64,000 nucleotides of DNA from Octopus sinensis (lineage: Eukaryota). Where the stretch lies: the NCBI RefSeq assembly GCF_006345805.1, contig NC_043002.1, forward strand, positions 119,970,001 through 120,034,000. Direction: 5' to 3'. Positions 56,679 to 64,000 of the stretch are shown piece after piece (the first letter of the stretch is position 1; each line of letters opens with the position of its first letter). The notes below the pieces were generated by a model. The model was not told the origin of the DNA. It worked only from the letters and a program-made list of their open reading frames with translations, and made no database searches. The position numbers and the translations under genes were made by a program.

Positions 56679-57929
56679 TTAGGTTGGCAACTAAGTTCCC
56701 GCCGTTTTAAAAATTTTAATCTTTTAAAAGGTTTAATAAAAAATAACAACTAATTAATCAATAATATGTTCACCCTTGTTGTTTAAAACTGCTCCCCAAC
56801 TTTCAACAAGATTTTCAATACCGCGTTCGTAGAAATCATCCGATTTCGACTCGAAAAATTGATCCAACCAAGCTCTCAATTCTGCATCAGTATTGAACGA
56901 AACTCCGCGCATAGCATTTGAGAGATCGAAAGAGGTGGAAATCCGTTGGTGCGAAATCAGGAAAGTACGGTGGGTTTGGCAGCACTTCCCAGCCATGCGT
57001 TTGAATGACTTCCTTGGTCATATTGGCGATATGAGGGCAGGCGTTGTTGTGCAGCAGAAATCTATGCTGCCGAATAGGTCTTTTCTCTTGAATAGCCGTG
57101 TTGAGTTGTTCCATCTGTTGAACATAGAGTTCCGCGTTGATCGTTTGGTTCCGTTCAAGCAATTCGTAATGGATAATACCTTCACAGTCCCACTATATGC
57201 GCAACATCGTTTTACACGGATGAAAATCTTGTCTCAAGCGCGCTGTCGCTTGTTAACCGGGCCTAAGCCATTTCTTACGCTGCTTCATATTGATGTGCAG
57301 ACACCATTTTTCGTCGCCAGTAACGATTCGGTAAAGAAATCGTTGTTTGTGTCCATGAGTTGAGCGGTGACGAGCAAACAAACCAGCGGAGATTGTGGCT
57401 CGTTGATTTTTGTTGTTGTCAATTAAAGCATGCTCCATAATTCTGAACCTTTTCTATCGAGTGAAGATGCTTCTCTATATCGGTGGGGGGGCATTCCATT
57501 TTCTCTGCCAGTTACCTTCTCGTGCAAAGTTGGTTTAATCGCTCATCATCGAACTTAACTGGACGGCCAGAAGGAGGTGCGTCTTAGAGGTCAAAATTTC
57601 CATTTTTGAACTTGGCACACCAATCACGAGTAGTTCTTTCAGCTATGGCACCCTCTCGATACACAGCAAAAATTTCGCGAGCAGCTTTTGCGGTTTTAGA
57701 ACCTTGCTTAAAAGCAAAACAGAGGTGTCGGAAATGCTCGTCTTTCTTAACATGACATTCCATTTTAATGACCTGAAAATAAACAAAATTTATCTAAAAT
57801 TAACTAGAAAAAAAACACAAATAGATTCCAAAATGATTCAAAAATAGAATTCTCGAAAAAAATGGATTCCAAAATTTAAAAATGCGATAAATTTCAAAAT
57901 TTACGGCGGGGACTTAGCTGCCAACCCAG
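56679..57929 (-). mobile_element. Full-length mariner (Tc1/mariner) DNA transposon
   Basis: ~27-bp imperfect TIRs TTAGGTTGGCAACTAAGTTCCCGCCGT / ACGGCGGGGACTTAGCTGCCAACCCAG, TA flanks, ~1.25 kb. Confidence 0.95.
56754..57763 (-). pseudogene. Mariner transposase pseudogene (D,D34D type)
   Basis: MECHVKKDEHFRHL...SGRP, IVTGDEKWC, LLHNNACPH (catalytic D appears as N), YFPDFAPTDFHLF; stops and frameshifts. Confidence 0.93.
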
Positions 57930-57963
<34 letters not shown>

Positions 57964-57993
57964 ATATATATATAATATATATATATAATTATA

Positions 57994-58026
<33 letters not shown>

Positions 58027-59577
58027 TGTATGTATGTATGTATGTATATGTATGTATGCATGTATTTATGTATGCCATTATTCAGTTTATTCCAAGATTT
58101 CTTGGAAGGACCGGTTTCTAACCTCGATCCAAGGCTCCTTCATTAGAATTTCAAAATCAGCAACGGTATTTTTGTTTGTATTTATATACGTATGTATGTA
58201 TGTATGTATGTATGTATGTATGTATGTATGTATGTATGTATGTATGTATGCATGTACGCATGTACATACACATCATAAATACGTATGAACAACATCAGTG
58301 CTTCAAGACTGTAGTATTTGTAATCTCTGGCATTTAAGTGCGATTCTTTTTCTTACATTCTACCCAATCAATTTCTAAAGTAGGATTGTTGTCTCAATTT
58401 TACTCTGCTGGGGATACACCTGAGTGGCACAAAATTGCTGGACACAAGATACTGCCTAGACCACTTCCATACAATGTTTCAATCATCAACATAGCTTAAT
58501 TCACATAGTATAATTCTCTAACCCCTTTGCAATGATAGTCTAACCTATTTTCGTGCGATATTATCAATAGATGTGTTCATTGTATGTAAGTATTGCCCAT
58601 TAGCAGCACAAATTTCACACCTTATATCTGATGTGTTGTTTCTTAATATATAGAATCTGAAACACATTGATTGTTTGTACATTACAGCAGGGGCACATCT
58701 GCCAAGATATAATAGAATTTACTATAGCACATATTGGTTTAATTTGTGAATAATATCAGCTATATTCACACAGAAATCAAACAGGATTTAGAAAATAAAT
58801 TATATTTTAGTAAATAAATATATATATGTGTTTGATGACTTTTTTTTTTTATTTATATTTTTTGACTTGACCAAAATCTATGTTCAGGCGCAGTGTTACT
58901 CAACATCACAAGGTCAATGCATTTTGTAATAAGCCTGGAAATATCGGAAAGCGTTAATGTCTCTGACAGGATGGTAATCATAATGTAAAGTTCTTTTAAA
59001 AGTTACTCTGGTGGTCTATATTTTCTGCTAAACTCACAACTTCTTAATATGTTATTATATTCGTATAGCATTGATGTTTTACAAAAGAAATAATTTTAGA
59101 ATGCTTAAGAATGAAACATTTTAAATGTGTCACGTTTAATACTTTCACATGAACAGCGGATATGAAACAGATACGTTTTTATTGTGATTGGTAAAAAGAA
59201 AAAGTGTTGCAGTTTTCTATAAATTATGCTCGCTTCTTTACGACGTACACAACGATATATAAACATCTTTCACTCTTCTACTTTTCTCATGAACATTTAT
59301 TCTGTCTTCTGTCTTTTCAAGTGAGAGATACTAGAACCAATACCAGTTATAATTCTTTAGTCAAAATGATTTATAAACTAAGAATTTCTAACCATAATCA
59401 TCCAGTTGTTTTTAGATACAATATATCTTGGACTGCTTTCGCTATGTGACCTATCTAGTTTAAGACGTTAAGATCAGATTTGGCAGTTGCTTTTAACTCG
59501 TCGAACAACATTTAGATGTTAGTATAGTGTCAGGTATTAAAGATTCACACTTCTTTCACGTTAGTGAGACGTATATC

Positions 59578-59786
59578 GGTTTCAAAATTTTGGTACAAGA
59601 CTAGCAATTTCGGGAGGCAGTAAGTCAATTACATCGACCCCATTGCTCAGCTGGTACTTATTTTAATGACCCTGAAAGGGTGAATGGCAAAGTCGACCCC
59701 GGCAGCATTTGAAGACAGAACGTGAAGACGGACGAAAGTCCGCTAATCATTTTGCCTGGCGAGCTAACGCTTCTGTCAGTTCGCCA
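59578..59786 (-). mobile_element. SINE family C
   Basis: CATCGACCCC...GGTACTTATTTT...GGCAAAGTCGACC...GCTAACGCTTCTGTCAGTTCGCC. Confidence 0.75.
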
Positions 59787-60854
59787 TTTTAAAGTGAGAT
59801 ATATATTAATAATTGAATAAAAAAAAAACAAGTGGTAGGATTTATTAACAAACGATCATTTAGCAGTAAATATATTTCTAGGGACCTGGTAAGAATCCGT
59901 CAGCAATGCCAATATGCTGTTCTAAAGGCAATTGCATCTCTTACAGATAATACAAAATCAAACCAAAAGACTATAAAAGAAACTAGAATTAATTCCTAAT
60001 CATGAGTAGAGATGTCCAGAAAATTGATTGACATGTCTATGGGTAGCCAAGCAGCTAATAACTGATCAATAATTTAATAAACTGATGGATACATGGAATA
60101 AAATCAGCTTCAATTACATCCATATCACATCCAATATCAATATTTAACGTCAGTAAATTAATTCACTCTTCTTTCCTTTCATTTCTTTATTAAATTGTTT
60201 TTATTTCTTTCTTCTCTTACAGATTTCGATTTTAATGATCGCTTCGACGAATAAACAAAACACACACTCCATCCGGTTTTTGCTACTTTCTGAAGATCTT
60301 TCGTACTAATCGTTGCTAATTCAAGGATTCGAACGTATTCTCCTACAGTTTCAAAAACATCTCATAGCTTCAGCTGTAAAGGATAATTAAGAAAGCTATT
60401 TTGTGTGCAAGACAACAATATGTAAGGAAAACGATATACGTAACGAAAAATGTATGAAGTATAAAGCTTCCTTCTGCTGACATTTCCAGCCATACGCGAT
60501 ATTAATAAACGCGAGAAACAATTCCTTAAGGACATCAAGACGTTAATTTCGCTTCATTTGAATAAAAAGCAAAACAGATACTTAACCAGTTCCCACAATG
60601 GCGATATATTTGACAGCATGTGTAACATATATACTTTTATTACTTGAAGGTAAGACATGACTTAATAAATATCTCAAAATAGAATCTTTTTATCTATAAA
60701 GTTACGTGTTGTCAATTATGATCTGCTCACCAATACATATCTTTCTATTTTATGTAATGTCCTTATTTCTGAAATACTGTATTACTGCACAACTGAATTC
60801 CTAAATAACACTTTTATTCCTATATCCAGATTTCCAAGAGTGAAAATTATGGAA

Positions 60855-60896
<42 letters not shown>

Positions 60897-61812
60897 AGTA
60901 TGAACGCATGCATACATTAATGTATGTACGTATGTATATGTATGCATATATGTATATATGCGTATATGTGTGTGAATATTTGTATGTATACAGGGGTGTA
61001 AGAGTATATTGGTATATATATAAGGCTGTAAATATAAATAAATATATATACAGTAAGAGCATATATATTCATTTTTATACTTATATTATTGCGGCGCAAC
61101 GTACACCTTGTTCCCTTATGTATGCTACATTCCACCCATTGTACGACTTCTACAAACTTTCTCTATACCTCACTTTCTCACTTTCTCTTTCTCGCCTCTG
61201 ATTCTTTGGTCTCCTCTTCCCCCACTCTCTCACATTTCTCTGTCTTTCTCACTTTGCACCATTGTTTCTGTTGCCAAGCCATCTTTGGCGAGCTCTGTTT
61301 CTTCCCCCTCTTCCTTCCCCCCTCTTTAATTCCTTCTCTCTCTTTCTCTCTCTCTCTCTCTCTACTCTCACGTGACCTGCTGATCAACTAGTCATTCCGC
61401 TGGTGATCGCTGCCGGTTCAACATTGTCTTCGTCCGCCGAAAAGGCATTTTTTCAAAACACGCCTGCTAGATAAGTTAAATTTGTCTAAAGTCGTAAGAC
61501 ACCTGCTGTTGTCCTGTTATTACCATTCTTGTTTTTAATTTTATTTTTGTATTTATATTCGTGTGGCTTCGTCCGTTTTTCTGTCCTTCTTTCGTATACA
61601 TTCGATCCTTTTTCCAAGAAATCTAATGCTCGCAGTTTAGTTTTTCATTGGGGCTAACCGTTTCGGAGCAATATCAGGATTAATCAGCCGAAATTTGCTA
61701 TGATGATCCGGTTCCTGACTGAAGATTAAAGGCTTCGAATGACCCGTCCGTTTTTTGTGTCGTCTCTTTGTGTATTTCACGTTCTTGTCCCTTTTTATAT
61801 ATAATTTTTATA

Positions 61813-61856
<44 letters not shown>

Positions 61857-61857
<1 letters not shown>

Positions 61858-62604
61858 TAGATGAAGTACCCGGTAATTCCCAGGAAAGCAGGGTTTATCC
61901 TTTGGTTCCGTTCTTATAACTGTTTTGTTAATCCAATAACATCAATACAAAGCATGTATCCCTTAAAAGGTTTTTTACAGAGATCACCAAACAGGATCTT
62001 GTTTTTAGGAATTCCTACTAAGTTATGAATACTCAAACTGTGAAGTTAGTTATGTAATAACATGAAATTAGTTACCTGATAGTAAGAATTCATATAAATA
62101 ACAATTCAAAGTACATAACTCTGAAAAGGACTTTTGTACTTTGCCAGAGAATACTACCCACAGTGGCGCTAGTGTTAGTATATTCGTGAATGAGTCGCTA
62201 AGCGAAATAAGTGGATCTATTGTTTAGGAAGATACTATTTACTTCTTTAAGGGTTGTACTTTATAAATTGCGAAAATAGCTCAAACAGTTCAAATACTAA
62301 GAAATACGTATACTCAATTTGATTTATACCAAATGATTTAGGAAATTGAATGGATTATTTTCCTTGGCTATTAAAATCTGGGAGAATGGGTTACTTCCCT
62401 CGGATGTTAAATGAAATGTATTAGATATATATAATGATCCTTTCCAGGGGCCCTATTATCGATTTTTTCAACAATCTTAGTATGCTATGACGTTTCCAGA
62501 CTCACGAGTCAAGTTTCAACAGAATCGATAAAACGATGTAGGAGGTGTTAGCTAACAACTCCACAAACACAGCCACTGACAGAATGTACCACATATGTAG
62601 CAGA
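61857..62604 (-). mobile_element. Older non-autonomous Helitron-like element
   Basis: CTAG at 61857-61860 next to hairpin CCTGGGAATTACCGGG(-); 5' A|TC at 62604; 5' region shares CAAGTTTCA.CAGAATCG with the 49735-50580 element. Confidence 0.6.
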
Positions 62605-62649
62605 TATATATATGAATGTGTATATGTACGTGTACATGTGTTATCTACA

Positions 62650-62695
<46 letters not shown>

Positions 62696-62783
62696 ATATA
62701 TCTATATATATATATATATATATATAGATATATATATATATACATACATACGAGAGCGCGTGCGTGTGTGTATGTGTGTGTGC

Positions 62784-62821
<38 letters not shown>

Positions 62822-62912
62822 TTGTATATATCTGTATATACTTATATGTATTTTGTAACTATTACGTGTTGTATTTTGTATATATTATTGGAGCTGTTTT
62901 GCTTCAGACGAA

Positions 62913-62982
<70 letters not shown>

Positions 62983-63345
62983 GTTGAAGATATATAGATA
63001 TTTTCGTCTTGAAAGTTTAAGAAAAAATGTTTATTTTGATAACGCGATATACAGAAATAGTAAGCGTATTTGTCACGGTTCAACGGTCCTTTGGAAGGAT
63101 TTATGAAAGCTTTGAAGAACTTAGACTGAAATTCATGTAATCAGTTAAAGGTCGCAGAAATAAAATTATGTTAAATTGAATCTATGCGGTAAGGTTTATT
63201 TTCAGAGTTAAAATAGCTTACTAATTTAAATATTTTGAACTTTCGATCGTTAAATGAATTCAAAAAAACAACAAAAACACTACTTAAATAAGCGCAGATA
63301 AAATAATCAGTAGAAGACAACACCCTGCTGATGTCTGTAGCCGGT

Positions 63346-63561
63346 ACTAGCACGCCGGGCGAAATGCTTAACGGTATTTCGCTTGTCGTTACGTTGTGAG
63401 TTCAAATTCCGCCGAGGTTGACTTTGCCTTTCATCCTTTCGGCGGCGATAAATTAAGTTCCAGTTACGCACTGGGGTCGATGTAATCGACTTAATACCTA
63501 TGTCTGCCCTTGTTTGTCCCCTCTGTGTTTAGCCCCTTGTGGGTAATAAAGAAATAGGTAC
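63346..63561 (+). mobile_element. SINE family C (5'-truncated)
   Basis: TAGCACGCCGGGCGAAATGC...GTTCAAATTCCGCCGAGG..GACTTTGCCTTTCATCCTTTCGG...TAAAGAAATAGGTA. Confidence 0.85.
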
Positions 63562-63717
63562 TTAAAATTCAGCTGCAATGTACGCAATTTTTATTCTGAA
63601 AATACATAATATCCTTTCACAGACACATTTTAATCGAACGACTATACAATACTTATGATTAACCCTTAGTTCTTGCAATCTGTCCGTCTGTCTGTCTGTC
63701 TGTCTGTCTTTCTCTCC

Positions 63718-63762
<45 letters not shown>

Positions 63763-64000
63763 GTGTTCCTCATTGTCAAGGATATTTCTAAAAATTTTTG
63801 ATCGATGATTTGAAAGTTTCCATTTCAAGAAAGAGAGAGAGAGAGAGAGAAAGAATAGAGAGGGAGAGAAAAAGAGAAAGAGAGGGAGTGAGAGAGGGAG
63901 ATGATGCTCATTCCAAAAGTTATTTTGAGCTGTTTCTCTTCTTGTTCTCTTTCTTTTTGATTTCAAATCTTATCTGCAGCCGCCGTTTCACTCATCTTTG

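Noticed and set aside
56893-57363. 156-aa plus-strand ORF
   Set aside because: Antisense shadow of the mariner transposase pseudogene
61700-61752. CTGAAGA...CGAA motif in the ~61300-61800 repeat-like block
   Set aside because: Helix II does not pair and GAAA is broken (GAAT); not supportable as a ribozyme

Overview
AT-rich, repeat-dense eukaryotic DNA with no supportable intact host protein-coding gene. The SINE and microsatellite content looks cephalopod (Octopus-like); this is an inference, not a database result. Most ORF-track entries are microsatellite artefacts. Recognisable content: three families of tRNA-headed SINEs (~20 copies or fragments); decayed LINEs (an RTE element with an inverted 5' part, two R4/Dong-type RLE remnants, a probable APE-LINE); five Helitron-type elements, one retaining Pif1-helicase coding; a full-length but dead mariner; MITE/foldback elements; and many simple repeats. 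The most notable signal is a set of short non-coding, partly inverted insertions, mostly in (TA)n tracts, that carry minimal type I hammerhead-ribozyme folds (Penelope-like pLTR or retrozyme-like). They include a canonical hammerhead at 56116-56178 (-) inside a ~565-nt tandem or circularly permuted unit, and a G3-C8 compensatory-core variant in both arms of a TSD-flanked hairpin at 1082-1414. All ribozyme calls come from manual folding; activity is untested.
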